Shown: positions 1-10,265, counted from the stretch's first letter. The stretch is DNA of 64,000 nucleotides from Candidatus Magasanikiibacteriota bacterium (GCA_003510435.1 DOMK01000020.1:59523-123522), one strand, 5' to 3'. The notes: generated by a model not told the origin, from the letters alone. Translations and numbers: made by a program.

Positions 1-495
1 AAAGATGCCGTAAAAGTTCTAGGTTTTTTGGGAGTTGTTGGTGGTGCAGGGGAAGTTTCTGCTCAACCAAAACAATTTCATGATGTTAAGGCACGTGCTG
101 AGGCTTCTTTTGATGAGTTAGATGGAGAAGATGTTGGCGGAGATGTTGTTGAAGAAAGTGGTACTGGGCAGAAAACAAAACCAGAAGTAGGGAAAAAAGA
201 GCCTGTACAGACAGGAATAGACGCTAGATCTGGAGCTTTAGAGAAGGAAATGGAAGATGCTATAACAGGTTTTGATGCATTTTTTAGTAGTGGTGTGAAT
301 TATAAACAAGCCATGGAAGCCCTAACGGCAGTGGTAAAAGATGGTGAGACTGTAGAATTTAATGGAATGAAATTTTGGAAAAAGGGTGATAAGTTTTATA
401 TGATGGGAACAGAAATAACAGAGAAAACTAGACCAATACTTCTTAGCGATTTTCAACGGGCTCAAGAAGAAGTAATGAAAAAATTAGGACAATAA
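1..495 (+). CDS. hypothetical protein, 5'-truncated at the window edge (the frame is open from nt 1)
   Basis: The ORF reads without a stop from position 1 in frame 1. It has an acidic/Gly-rich region and no recognisable motifs. Confidence 0.4.
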   Translation, partial: KDAVKVLGFLGVVGGAGEVSAQPKQFHDVKARAEASFDELDGEDVGGDVVEESGTGQKTKPEVGKKEPVQTGIDARSGALEKEMEDAITGFDAFFSSGVNYKQAMEALTAVVKDGETVEFNGMKFWKKGDKFYMMGTEITEKTRPILLSDFQRAQEEVMKKLGQ

Positions 496-506
496 TAAAA
501 AATTAT

Positions 507-545
507 TAAAAATCCGAGGTAAAATCTCGGATTTTTATTTTTCTG
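507..545. terminator. bidirectional rho-independent terminator (aatccgag/ctcggatt hairpin flanked by A- and T-runs)
   Basis: An 8-bp stem with loop gtaaaat is followed by tttttattttt. It lies between convergent genes. Confidence 0.7.
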
Positions 546-563
546 TGTGTGTCGTTGTTCTGT

Positions 564-1235
564 TTATTTGTTTAAATGTAACGGATTAAAATTTGTATCC
601 CTATCAAAATAATCTTCATTTTCTTTTTTCTTTAAAAATGCAACTACACGGTAGGTAATTGGTAAAAAAATAATCTCAATGCCAACTTTGAAAATATAAT
701 TGGAAATCCAGATTATCCAGATTAAGTTCCACGGTAAGACGCCAGCAAAAGCGATTAATAAAAATACCGTGGTATCAAAAAATTCTCCGACCAATGTGGA
801 ACCAATGGCGCGGAGCCAGAAATATTTACCAGCGGTTTTGACTTTCAATTTTGCTAAAATATAACTGTTCAAAAATTCACCGATTAAATAAGCACACAAA
901 CTACCAAGTACTATTCGTGGTACTACACCAAGAATAGCATCATAAGCGCCTTGGTTACCCCAGTCCATGGCAGGTGGAAGTTTTCCTACTACGAAAAAAA
1001 CTATAACCATTAAAATATTCATAATAAAGCCCGTCCAAATGACGCGACGGGAATTGGCATAGCCATAGACTTCAGTTAAGACATCGCCAAAAATATAAGC
1101 CAACGGAAATAAAATTGTGCCACCGTCAAAACTAAACCAACCAAGTGATAGTATTTTACTGCTAGCAATGTTAGAGAGAATTAAAACGACGGAGAATAAT
1201 GTGGTGATGAAGGCGAGATAGCGATATTGTTTCAT
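564..1235 (-). CDS. yhhQ: queuosine-precursor transporter, YhhQ/QueT (DUF165) family membrane protein
   Basis: The protein is polytopic and carries a 'FPLAYIFGDVLTEVYGY' motif typical of YhhQ. It sits directly downstream of tgt. Confidence 0.7.
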   Translation of the reverse strand: MKQYRYLAFITTLFSVVLILSNIASSKILSLGWFSFDGGTILFPLAYIFGDVLTEVYGYANSRRVIWTGFIMNILMVIVFFVVGKLPPAMDWGNQGAYDAILGVVPRIVLGSLCAYLIGEFLNSYILAKLKVKTAGKYFWLRAIGSTLVGEFFDTTVFLLIAFAGVLPWNLIWIIWISNYIFKVGIEIIFLPITYRVVAFLKKKENEDYFDRDTNFNPLHLNK

Positions 1236-1408
1236 ATTGTTAAATGATATTGTACCCGCCTTCGCTAAAGCTTCGGCGTGGTTCGTCCTTTGCTAAAAAT
1301 AGCAAAGGCGAATAAAAAAAAGATGAGCACCTGGCCATCTAATGTCACCTTGATGGGGTAAATAAATTATGGAAGTATTATATTAGAATATTTTGGTTTT
1401 GTCAATAA

Positions 1409-2605
<1,197 letters not shown>

Positions 2606-2746
2606 TTACACAGATTAAGTATTGATTTCACCGATATAGACTCAGTGTAATTCGATAAAATCAGTGAAATCAGTGTTTAGTTTATCCTATTTTGCAATAA
2701 ATTTCAAGGTGTGGTAAGATTTGTTTATTATAATATTTATATTTAT

Positions 2747-3019
2747 ATGGAAAGAAAAGGTGATTTTCGAATCAGTTTGTCTAGTTTAGGTAAATTAGAT
2801 AGTAAAGTTCAAAAAAATAAAGAGAGAACGACTGGTGCCAGAAGAATAGATTTAAATGAACTAAGAAAAAAAGGTAGACCGGCTAGTCGACAGGAGGATG
2901 CTTTAACAAAGATTTTAGATAGACACCGAGAAAGACAGGAACATCTGAAAGCATTTGGAGATCCATCAGCTGATTCTGTGGATGGTGATGTAGATGATGA
3001 AAAAGAAAAGGGCGAATAG
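2747..3019 (+). CDS. small highly charged hypothetical protein (the start is probably the internal Met)
   Basis: The ORF is Lys/Arg/Glu-rich. A -10-like TATAAT at about 2728 lies inside the longer annotated ORF, which favours the internal start. Confidence 0.35.
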   Translation: MERKGDFRISLSSLGKLDSKVQKNKERTTGARRIDLNELRKKGRPASRQEDALTKILDRHRERQEHLKAFGDPSADSVDGDVDDEKEKGE

Positions 3020-3058
3020 ACCCTTTTTTTATTATCTTTTTTAGTCTACAATATAAGA

Positions 3059-3943
3059 ATGAAAGAATACTTTTGGTTTAATATAATGTGTTTATCAATC
3101 TCAGTGTTTTGTGGACTGGGAACTTTTTATGTTATAAATGTTCAAAATGTTGTAAATGATATAAATGAATTGAATATTGCGTTATCAATTAATGAAGAAA
3201 ATATAGAGATTGTCCCGATGAAATACGGGATCCCGTACTCTGTCGGGAAAAAATTTAAAGATTATTCGACTACAACAGTTAAAAATCTTTCAGTTATTCA
3301 ATCTTCTACACCTGACATTGTGAGTACGACAAAAAATGAAAAAATTATTGAACTTCCTAAACAATATAACCTCGCTGTCCCATTCACTTCTCAAGCGCCA
3401 GAAAAAAATTGGGATGAACCATGGCAAGATGCTTGTGAGGAAGCCTCACTTTTGATGCTAGATGCTTATTATAAAAATTATAAATTAAGTCCATTGTTTG
3501 CTAAAGATGAAATTTTAAAAATGGTAAAGTGGGAAGAAAATAAAGGCTGGGGGAATAGTATTGAAATAGAAAAAGTAAAACTGATGGCGGAAGAGTATTT
3601 TCACTTGAGCACTCTAGCACTTGAGCACTCTAGCAGTCGACAAATTAAAATAATTGAAAATCCAACAGTTGATGATATTAAAAAATCGATTGCCAATGAT
3701 AATCCAGTGTTAGTTGTGGCTGATGGAAAAGTTTTACCTAATTCTCATTTTCAGAATGGCGGGCCAGATTATCATGCTTTGATTATTCGTGGATATACGG
3801 AAAGTAAATTTATTACCAATGATCCTGGAACACAATTTGGCGAAGCGTTTGAATATGAATACAGTGATTTGATGAATGCAATAAGAGACTGGAATAATGG
3901 AGATGTGAAGAATGGACGCAGAGTAGTTTTGGTGATAGAATAG
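3059..3943 (+). CDS. membrane-anchored peptidase C39-like (papain-fold) domain protein
   Basis: It has an N-terminal TM helix, a Cys motif 'WQDACEEASLLML' and a downstream 'DYHALIIRGY...NDPG' His region typical of Peptidase_C39_2. Confidence 0.55.
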   Translation: MKEYFWFNIMCLSISVFCGLGTFYVINVQNVVNDINELNIALSINEENIEIVPMKYGIPYSVGKKFKDYSTTTVKNLSVIQSSTPDIVSTTKNEKIIELPKQYNLAVPFTSQAPEKNWDEPWQDACEEASLLMLDAYYKNYKLSPLFAKDEILKMVKWEENKGWGNSIEIEKVKLMAEEYFHLSTLALEHSSSRQIKIIENPTVDDIKKSIANDNPVLVVADGKVLPNSHFQNGGPDYHALIIRGYTESKFITNDPGTQFGEAFEYEYSDLMNAIRDWNNGDVKNGRRVVLVIE

Positions 3944-3950
3944 TGCAACT

Positions 3951-6062
3951 ATGATTGATTTTCAAAAAGAATTAAATTCAGAACAACTCAAAGTAGTACA
4001 AGACGGCAACGGCCCATGTTTAGTTTTGGCTGGAGCAGGAAGCGGAAAAACTAGAACAATTACTTATCGCGTGGCTTATTTATTAGAACAGGGTATAAAG
4101 TCAGAAAATATTTTACTAGTAACATTTACTAATAAAGCGGCGAGAGAGATGTTGGAAAGAGTGGAAAAATTAACAAGCAACCCACCCTCTGATCCCTCCC
4201 TTATAAAGGGAGGGAGGACTGTGTTACCGTGGGCGGGAACGTTTCACCATATTGGTTATAGATTATTAAAAAAGTACGCCACTTTAATTGGCCTGCCTGC
4301 GCAGGCAGGCTATAAAAATAATTTTTCTGTATTAGACAGTGAAGATAGTTTGGATTTAATTAAACTTTGTCTGAAAAGCGAAGGGATTGATCGGAAAGAA
4401 AAAAGATTTCCTTCTCCAGCCGTAGTCCAGGCAATTATTTCTTATGCCCGAAATTCTGAGACTACGATTGCTGATGTTTTGGATTTGAAGTATGAACATT
4501 TTTTATATATCAGTGAAATAATTGTCAGGATTGCTGAAGATTATCAAAAAAGAAAATTGGCGGCCAATGTTATGGATTTTGATGATTTGCTCGTGAATTG
4601 GTATATGTTACTTATTAAGGAACAAGGAGTAAGGAATAAGTTAAGTGAACAATTTGAGTATATTTTAGTTGACGAATATCAAGACACAAATAAAATTCAA
4701 GCTTCAATAATTAATTTACTAGCTTCTAAGCATAATAATTTATTGGTCGTAGGTGATGATGCTCAGAGTATTTATTCTTTTCGGGCAGCTGATATTCAAA
4801 ATATTTTAGCGTTTGAAAAAAAATACAGTCAAGCAAAAATTTTTAAACTGGAAACCAATTATCGATCTACGCCAGATATTTTAAATTTGGCCAATGATAT
4901 TATTGCTAATAATTTAAAACAATATGAAAAGAATTTAAAAGCCATTAACACTAATTTTACCAAGCCAGAATTGATTGCCTTTGCTAGCCAAGCCGAAGAA
5001 GCTCAATTTATTGTTCAGAGAATCAAAGAATTGGAAAGTGAAGGAATAGACCTAAATAAAATTGCCGTGTTATTTCGCGCGGCTTATCATTCCCAGGCTT
5101 TGGAAATGGAATTGGTGAAGCGAGGGATTGATTATGATTATCGCGGGGGAGTAAGATTTTTTGATCGGGCCCATGTCAAAGATGTTCTAGCCTATTTGCG
5201 GATTATAAATAATATTGCCGACGAGATAGCTTGGCGTCGAGTGCTTAATATGCAGATTGGAATTGGGCCAGCGAATGCGGATAAAATAATTGAAGGGATA
5301 CGAAATACGAAAAATTACGAAATTACGAACTACGAAAATATTTTTGATGGGATTGGCGCGCAATTGCCAGCCAAAGCGCAGGTGGGGTGGAATGATTTTT
5401 TACAAATCTATTCCGCCGTCGCTAAAGCTATGGCGGATAAAGAAAATATAGGAGATTTGATTTTATCACTATTGGATTCAAAATATGTAGAATATATAGA
5501 AAATGAATATCCAGATTATCGTGAACGTTTGGAAGATATAAAACAATTAGCACAATTTGCGAAAAATGAAACAGAGCTGGATAAATTTTTGGCTGAAGCT
5601 ACACTACAAGATAGTTTTAGGAATCCCGCACTTCAAATCAACTCCACATTAGAAAGTAGAAGGGGGAAGTTAATTTTATCTACGATTCATCAAGCAAAAG
5701 GACTTGAATGGGAAGCAGTGTTTGTATTGGGTTTGTCGGCCGGACAATTTCCGAATGATAGAGCTTTGCGTGAGCGTGATGGTGTAGAAGAAGAAAGGCG
5801 TTTGTTTTATGTAGCAGTCACTCGCGCTAAAAAATATTTATATCTTACATATTCATTTGGTGGTGGGTGGGGAGATTCTTTGGCTGGACCAAGTATGTTT
5901 ATTGATGAACTTAATAAAAAATTAGTGTCAGCTGAAGGTATGGGTGGTGGAAGTGTATTTGAAGATTTAGATAACGAAGCAGAATATATTGATGAAGATT
6001 CTCAAATTATAGATAGTAAAAAGTTTCCTGGGAGTTTTTTGAAAGATTTGGGTGAACTGTAA
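3951..6062 (+). CDS. uvrD: ATP-dependent DNA helicase, UvrD/PcrA family
   Basis: It has the Walker A motif 'GAGSGKT' and 'VDEYQDTN' (motif II). The C-terminal 'TIHQAKGLEW...YVAVTRA' completes the helicase motifs. Confidence 0.92.
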   Translation: MIDFQKELNSEQLKVVQDGNGPCLVLAGAGSGKTRTITYRVAYLLEQGIKSENILLVTFTNKAAREMLERVEKLTSNPPSDPSLIKGGRTVLPWAGTFHHIGYRLLKKYATLIGLPAQAGYKNNFSVLDSEDSLDLIKLCLKSEGIDRKEKRFPSPAVVQAIISYARNSETTIADVLDLKYEHFLYISEIIVRIAEDYQKRKLAANVMDFDDLLVNWYMLLIKEQGVRNKLSEQFEYILVDEYQDTNKIQASIINLLASKHNNLLVVGDDAQSIYSFRAADIQNILAFEKKYSQAKIFKLETNYRSTPDILNLANDIIANNLKQYEKNLKAINTNFTKPELIAFASQAEEAQFIVQRIKELESEGIDLNKIAVLFRAAYHSQALEMELVKRGIDYDYRGGVRFFDRAHVKDVLAYLRIINNIADEIAWRRVLNMQIGIGPANADKIIEGIRNTKNYEITNYENIFDGIGAQLPAKAQVGWNDFLQIYSAVAKAMADKENIGDLILSLLDSKYVEYIENEYPDYRERLEDIKQLAQFAKNETELDKFLAEATLQDSFRNPALQINSTLESRRGKLILSTIHQAKGLEWEAVFVLGLSAGQFPNDRALRERDGVEEERRLFYVAVTRAKKYLYLTYSFGGGWGDSLAGPSMFIDELNKKLVSAEGMGGGSVFEDLDNEAEYIDEDSQIIDSKKFPGSFLKDLGEL

Positions 6063-6090
6063 ATTTTTGGCTTTCTTAAGCCAAAAATTC

Positions 6091-6119
6091 TTGACAAAAG
6101 TAATTTTTTGTGCTACTAT
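6091..6119 (+). promoter_or_regulatory. sigma70-type promoter: TTGACA, 17-bp spacer, TACTAT
   Basis: The -35 and -10 elements are near-consensus, 25 nt upstream of the ATG at 6145. Confidence 0.6.
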
Positions 6120-6144
6120 TCTCTATATTAATGACAAAATAAGT

Positions 6145-7926
6145 ATGGATGATTCCGAAATAGAACAATCACAATTAGTACAACCAGAGTCTGAGGAACT
6201 TTCTAACGGGACTAAGTCAGAAAGTCCTCTTTTAAGGTTAAAAAAAATTATTGCGAGTGAAAGTAAGCCTTTTGAGGCAATTAGTGTAGTAATTGACTTA
6301 ATGGAAACTACCAGTTTAGAATTGGCAGAAATGCCAGGGGCAGATCATGATGAATTTATCAAAATTGTTTTGCTTTATGCTCCCTATTTATATAGTTCGC
6401 TAGAAAATGAATATAATAATCTACCAGAGGAAATTAAAAAAACAGTTTTTAAAAGATTTGTGGAAAAGGTACCAGGCTCGGTGATGATTTATATGTGGGA
6501 AAAAATGCCTGAAGCAGAAAAAAAAGCTCTTGCTTTACATCTTTGGGAAAATCTTGTAGAAGAAGGTAATGATGATGAACATCTAATCAGAGAAGAATTT
6601 CCTGACTTATTTGTTGATTATCAACCAACAGAATTGGATTTAAATGAGTATAATAGGGATAGAGAAAAAATATTTAATTTTTCTGGAGATAAAATGCAGG
6701 AGGGCTATAGGTTTGTTGCTACCGATCAACAAAAATCAGAAGGGGAAGTAGGTTCGGCAGCTCGTAGTGGTTTAAAGAATTTTTTACATCAAGATTGGTG
6801 GAGCATCGAGGATTTTTCTTATGAAAGAATAAAAAGTAATTCGGAATTATTGAAAGACGATGATCCAGAAATGGCTGGAATTTATAAACATAGCATGCTT
6901 ACGTTGTCACATTTTTTGCATGAAAATGCTATACATGGAGAAGAAAGTCTAGAACAGCAATTTGCTAGATTTAGTCAGGAGATTAAACGACAGGATGAAT
7001 ATATGGGGAAGCATTTTCGAGTAAAGTTATCTGAGCCAGAAAAAAAGTTTTTAAAAGGATTTGATCCAGAAAATTTTAAATTTGCTTTACAGGCTATTGC
7101 CAACTTAGAAGAGCACGATGTCTTAGTTCCAGATATGGCCGATAAAATGCGAGCAATGGTGGCCTTTGCAGAAGAGTATTTTTTTTATAATCTCTCTCTT
7201 AAAGACAAAACTGATGAGGGTTCGCAAGTTCTTGCGGCTGCTCTTGGACCTGTGGTAGATTTAGTGGTAAAGGAAAAAAGTCAGGAACTTAACGCAAGTT
7301 ACAAAAAAAATATAACCACGGAATTAATACCAGATTTGGTAAAAAGATTCCCCAGTCTTAAGGGGTTACCTTTGGCCGAACGAATGGCCGGTGTAGAGGT
7401 TGGTTTTATTTCAACTTTGCGAAAAAATTTATCGGACTGGACTCATACATTGGGAGCTTATTCTCACTTAGGACGATCCATAAGTTTGCCGGTTTTTTCT
7501 GAACTTCCGGCATTTGTTTCTACTCATGAATCTATTCATGCTTTTTCTCATGGTCAATCCGATGACCTAGAAATGTTACCTAGGGACACGGAAAATACCA
7601 TGCTTAACAAAGTTTTGGTTGAAGGTATAACTCAGGCCATGACAGTGCGTTTAAATCCAGAATATGGTAAACAAGTAATGTATGCTGAGCATATGAGGGT
7701 ACTTCGTCGTTTGCGTGCTTGGGATGTGGATGAATCTTGGGGTATCCCTAAGCCGGCGAATATGCCAGAAGAAATTCCATTTGATTTTTTTGTGGATTTA
7801 ATGTGTGCCGATAAAAAAGATTTAAAAGAAGCTTTGCAAAGGGATTATAGGTTTTCAGATATTGAAGTGGAAAATTTTATTAAAGCCGGGCGTAAATTAG
7901 CAGAAACGATTAGCAGAAACGATTAA
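6145..7926 (+). CDS. hypothetical protein with an HExxH (HESIH) zinc-metalloprotease-like motif
   Basis: The start is chosen at 'MDDSEIEQ', downstream of the promoter. The 'VSTHESIHAFSHG' motif is the only recognisable feature; there is no other recognisable family. Confidence 0.5.
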   Translation: MDDSEIEQSQLVQPESEELSNGTKSESPLLRLKKIIASESKPFEAISVVIDLMETTSLELAEMPGADHDEFIKIVLLYAPYLYSSLENEYNNLPEEIKKTVFKRFVEKVPGSVMIYMWEKMPEAEKKALALHLWENLVEEGNDDEHLIREEFPDLFVDYQPTELDLNEYNRDREKIFNFSGDKMQEGYRFVATDQQKSEGEVGSAARSGLKNFLHQDWWSIEDFSYERIKSNSELLKDDDPEMAGIYKHSMLTLSHFLHENAIHGEESLEQQFARFSQEIKRQDEYMGKHFRVKLSEPEKKFLKGFDPENFKFALQAIANLEEHDVLVPDMADKMRAMVAFAEEYFFYNLSLKDKTDEGSQVLAAALGPVVDLVVKEKSQELNASYKKNITTELIPDLVKRFPSLKGLPLAERMAGVEVGFISTLRKNLSDWTHTLGAYSHLGRSISLPVFSELPAFVSTHESIHAFSHGQSDDLEMLPRDTENTMLNKVLVEGITQAMTVRLNPEYGKQVMYAEHMRVLRRLRAWDVDESWGIPKPANMPEEIPFDFFVDLMCADKKDLKEALQRDYRFSDIEVENFIKAGRKLAETISRND

Positions 7927-8338
7927 GTGAAGAGAAAATAATTTTTTAAATAAAAACAGCCTTTGTTAGGTTGTTTTTAAAATATAATTTTATTTATAGG
8001 GCGCAGAGATGGAGTGCTGCGCGTTATCACGACGCCGTGCAGGCCGGTAGCACAGCCTTAGCTGAGCTAGTCGGTTTGCATTGCAACACTCCATCGGACG
8101 CTTTCACGTCCTTGCCCTCCTTTGCGCGTCTAGTGCAGCTAAAAAGTATTGAAAGACGAGTGGGGGCGGTCAGACCCTCCTCATCTTTGTAACTTTTTAT
8201 TTGCATGCGCAATTTTTCATTTTCCCCCGTTCAGAAAAACTTGAGTCGGTGTTGCGTGAACTGGGTACTTGACTGCAAGTTTTTCGTTGGTTAACGAATG
8301 TTTGAGATATACCATTGTTTATGAATTTTGTCAATAGT

Positions 8339-8367
8339 CTTGACTTTATAATAATTTTATACTATAA
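8339..8367 (+). promoter_or_regulatory. promoter of ndk: TTGACT, 17-bp spacer, TATAAT
   Basis: The hexamers are consensus and lie 30 nt upstream of the ndk ATG. Confidence 0.6.
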
Positions 8368-8397
8368 TGTAGCCAATAAATTTTAACGTATATTTAT

Positions 8398-8877
8398 ATG
8401 AATTTTGAAGGAATTTTTGAAAAAACAATTTTGATTGTCAAGCCAGATGGCGTGCAAAGAAGCTTGGTTGGTGAAGTATTGCGTCGCTTAGAACTTAAGG
8501 GTCTTAAGATCGTTGGTTTGAAAATGATGCAATTAGACGAATTAAAACTTCGTGAACACTATGCCCATCATGTAGAAAAACCATTTTATTCTGGTTTGGA
8601 AAATTTTATGAAGTCTAGCCCGGTGGTGTGTATTTGTGCCGAAGGTAAAGGGGCAGTCGAAGCTGTGCGTTTGATCGCTGGTACTACCAATGCGGCCAAA
8701 GCTGACGGTGGTACTATTCGTGGTGACCTTGCTATGGGTATGTGCAATGTAGTACATTGTAGTGATAGCGTAGAGACTGCCAAAGCAGAAGTGGATAGAT
8801 TTTTTAAAGAAGGAGAAATTTTTGATTATGATAAGACTGAATATCTACATGTATATATGGATGATGAAAGAGTGTAA
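8398..8877 (+). CDS. ndk: nucleoside diphosphate kinase
   Basis: It reads 'ILIVKPDGVQRSLVGEV...' and has the active-site region 'NVVHCSDS'. Confidence 0.93.
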   Translation: MNFEGIFEKTILIVKPDGVQRSLVGEVLRRLELKGLKIVGLKMMQLDELKLREHYAHHVEKPFYSGLENFMKSSPVVCICAEGKGAVEAVRLIAGTTNAAKADGGTIRGDLAMGMCNVVHCSDSVETAKAEVDRFFKEGEIFDYDKTEYLHVYMDDERV

Positions 8878-8905
8878 GATTACAGTATCTAAGTTTTATA
8901 AGTTT

Positions 8906-8933
8906 AAAAGCGTCTAATGTAGGCGCTTTTTTG
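8906..8933 (+). terminator. rho-independent terminator after ndk
   Basis: Stem aaaagcg/cgctttt is followed by a T-run. Confidence 0.55.
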
Positions 8934-9153
8934 TATAAGAAGTTATCCACATCTCGTCTTGCTTATTTTTTAGCGTTTTAGTAAGATAAAACAGATAGAA
9001 ACAATATGAATTTACAAAATAACAATCAAAATATATATAAGAACTGGAGTATCAAGTTGTCTGTTGTCGTACGCAATCTTTTTGTGTACGTTTTGTATTC
9101 TAGGGTGCTATATATAAATGGTTGTTATAATGATTAAAAAGATATTTATATAA

Positions 9154-9190
9154 TAAAAAAGCACTCTAGAAAACTAGAGTGTTTTAATTT
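9154..9190. terminator. bidirectional terminator hairpin (gcactctag aaaa ctagagtg)
   Basis: A 9-bp perfect stem is flanked by an A-run on the 5' side and a T-run on the 3' side. Confidence 0.6.
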
Positions 9191-9361
9191 GAAACACGGA
9201 TTATACGGATTGAAAAGGATTGTACGGAGGGTAAGTAAAATTGTTCTTTATATAAGGAGTAAATAGGGTAGCGAAAATAGAATGTTTTGGGGCTAGAATT
9301 TTTTCTAAGTAATTGGAAAATATTTTGGCCCCAGAACGACTGGGGTTTTGTAGGAGGCGGC

Positions 9362-9484
9362 CATGTCGGCTGTCGTTAATGGAGAACTCAGGGCGCACGT
9401 GGACATGCTCGCGGCACAGAACGAGGGACTGCGGTTTCTCATGAGCCAGTTTCACTGGCTGACCGCGTTCGAGCTCTGGCTCGC
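9362..9484 (+). CDS. GC-rich 40-aa ORF with a strong Shine-Dalgarno site (candidate foreign small gene)
   Basis: AGGAGG lies 6 nt upstream of the ATG. It encodes 'MSAVVNGELRAHVDMLAAQNEGLRFLMSQFHWLTAFELWLADR', and the codon third positions are GC-rich, unlike the host. Confidence 0.3.
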
Positions 9485-9611
9485 CGACCGGTGAGTCAGA
9501 AGCAGCGCGAGCTGCACGTGCGGGAGGGCTTCGCTACCCAACCCACGTATTATTTATTTTATAAAAAGTAAATAGTACGTGTGTGGGATGTTATCTTTGG
9601 AGGGAAAATGA

Positions 9612-9800
9612 ATGGGTAAACAGGAATGGGTGTGCCCGAGCTGTGGTTGCGATGTCAAGAAGAAGAATACTCGGGTTTGTCCCGAGTGTGGAGCTGGTCG
9701 GTACGACAGAAAGCGCATACCTCAGATAGGTGTGTCGCAGGCGATCACGAGCTTTTTCGAGATTGCCTATCCTCCTGAAGCTAGGAGGAAGAAGTCGTGA
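9612..9800 (+). CDS. small zinc-ribbon protein (CPSCG...CPECG) in a GC-rich segment
   Basis: A GGAGGG Shine-Dalgarno site is present. Two CxxC pairs are present and codon usage is GC-rich. Confidence 0.4.
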   Translation: MGKQEWVCPSCGCDVKKKNTRVCPECGAGRYDRKRIPQIGVSQAITSFFEIAYPPEARRKKS

Positions 9801-9931
9801 CGACAGCCAAGGGACGGCGGGAATACAGACTTGTGGTCTTTCCCGCCGTCCCAGATGAAAACAAAACCGCCAAGAACTTGAGAGAAAAAAATATTGTTCT
9901 TTCAAGGAGGTAATGGCGGTTTTGTTTTAAA

Positions 9932-9960
9932 TTTGACAAACGTTTTTTATAATCGTATAA
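9932..9960 (+). promoter_or_regulatory. strong orphan promoter TTGACA, 17 bp, TATAAT
   Basis: Both hexamers are perfect consensus. No CDS follows; the tRNA-Val promoter lies about 190 nt downstream. Confidence 0.6.
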
Positions 9961-9966
9961 TATATT

Positions 9967-10145
9967 TGATCCTGATAGCTGTGGCAGTTCATATCATATC
10001 CGCAAATATTCATACTTGGGAGATCTATATTTCTCCAGCCTGTGGGCTAGAGGTGCGATCACCCACCTGATTTTCAGGGGTATGGATATGTCCTGCCTCG
10101 GGCTGATGGATCCAAAAAGACAATCTTAAACAGGTTGTTTTTTTA
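9967..10145 (+). ncRNA. candidate small RNA (about 180 nt) between the orphan promoter and a T-run
   Basis: A consensus promoter lies upstream. The segment is mixed-GC with several short hairpins (gtggg...cccac, cctga ttt tcagg) and ends in gttgttttttt. Confidence 0.3.
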
Positions 10146-10146
10146 A

Positions 10147-10175
10147 CTTGACTTTTGGAATTAATTAGTGTATTA
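10147..10175 (+). promoter_or_regulatory. tRNA-Val promoter TTGACTTTTGG...TAGTGTATTAT
   Basis: TTGACT, a 17-bp spacer and TATTAT are present. The same extended motif recurs at the rpsU promoter. Confidence 0.55.
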
Positions 10176-10191
10176 TATTTTTGCTTTTTAT

Positions 10192-10265
10192 GGACCCGTA
10201 GCTCAGTTGGTTAGAGCGCTACATTGACATTGTAGAGGTCAGAAGTTCAACTCTTCTCGGGTCTA
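10192..10265 (+). tRNA. tRNA-Val (anticodon GAC)
   Basis: It folds as a cloverleaf: GGACCCG acceptor, GCTC/GAGC D-stem, anticodon loop TTGACAT, T-loop TTCAACT. CCA is not encoded. Confidence 0.85.

Noticed and set aside
1236-1408. yhhQ leader considered as a confident preQ1 riboswitch
   Set aside because: I could not match the preQ1-I (about 34-nt hairpin plus A-rich tail) or preQ1-II consensus by eye. It is kept only as a low-confidence note in the findings.
8027-8212. Overlapping 61-aa and 73-aa ORFs (7971..8192 + and 8027..8212 -) in the GC-rich segment
   Set aside because: They overlap each other on opposite strands and have no Shine-Dalgarno site. The open frames are better explained by GC-rich composition; the region is treated as a candidate ncRNA instead.
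8542-8783. Two minus-strand ORFs inside ndk
   Set aside because: They are antisense to the strongly supported ndk gene.
9006-9137. 43-aa hydrophobic mini-ORF in the ndk downstream intergenic region
   Set aside because: It has no Shine-Dalgarno site and sits in AT-rich low-complexity sequence between two terminators, so there is no support beyond an open frame.
9201-9455. 84-aa minus-strand ORF spanning the AT-rich/GC-rich boundary
   Set aside because: It crosses a sharp compositional boundary and has no RBS. The plus-strand small ORF with a Shine-Dalgarno site is the more plausible coding feature.
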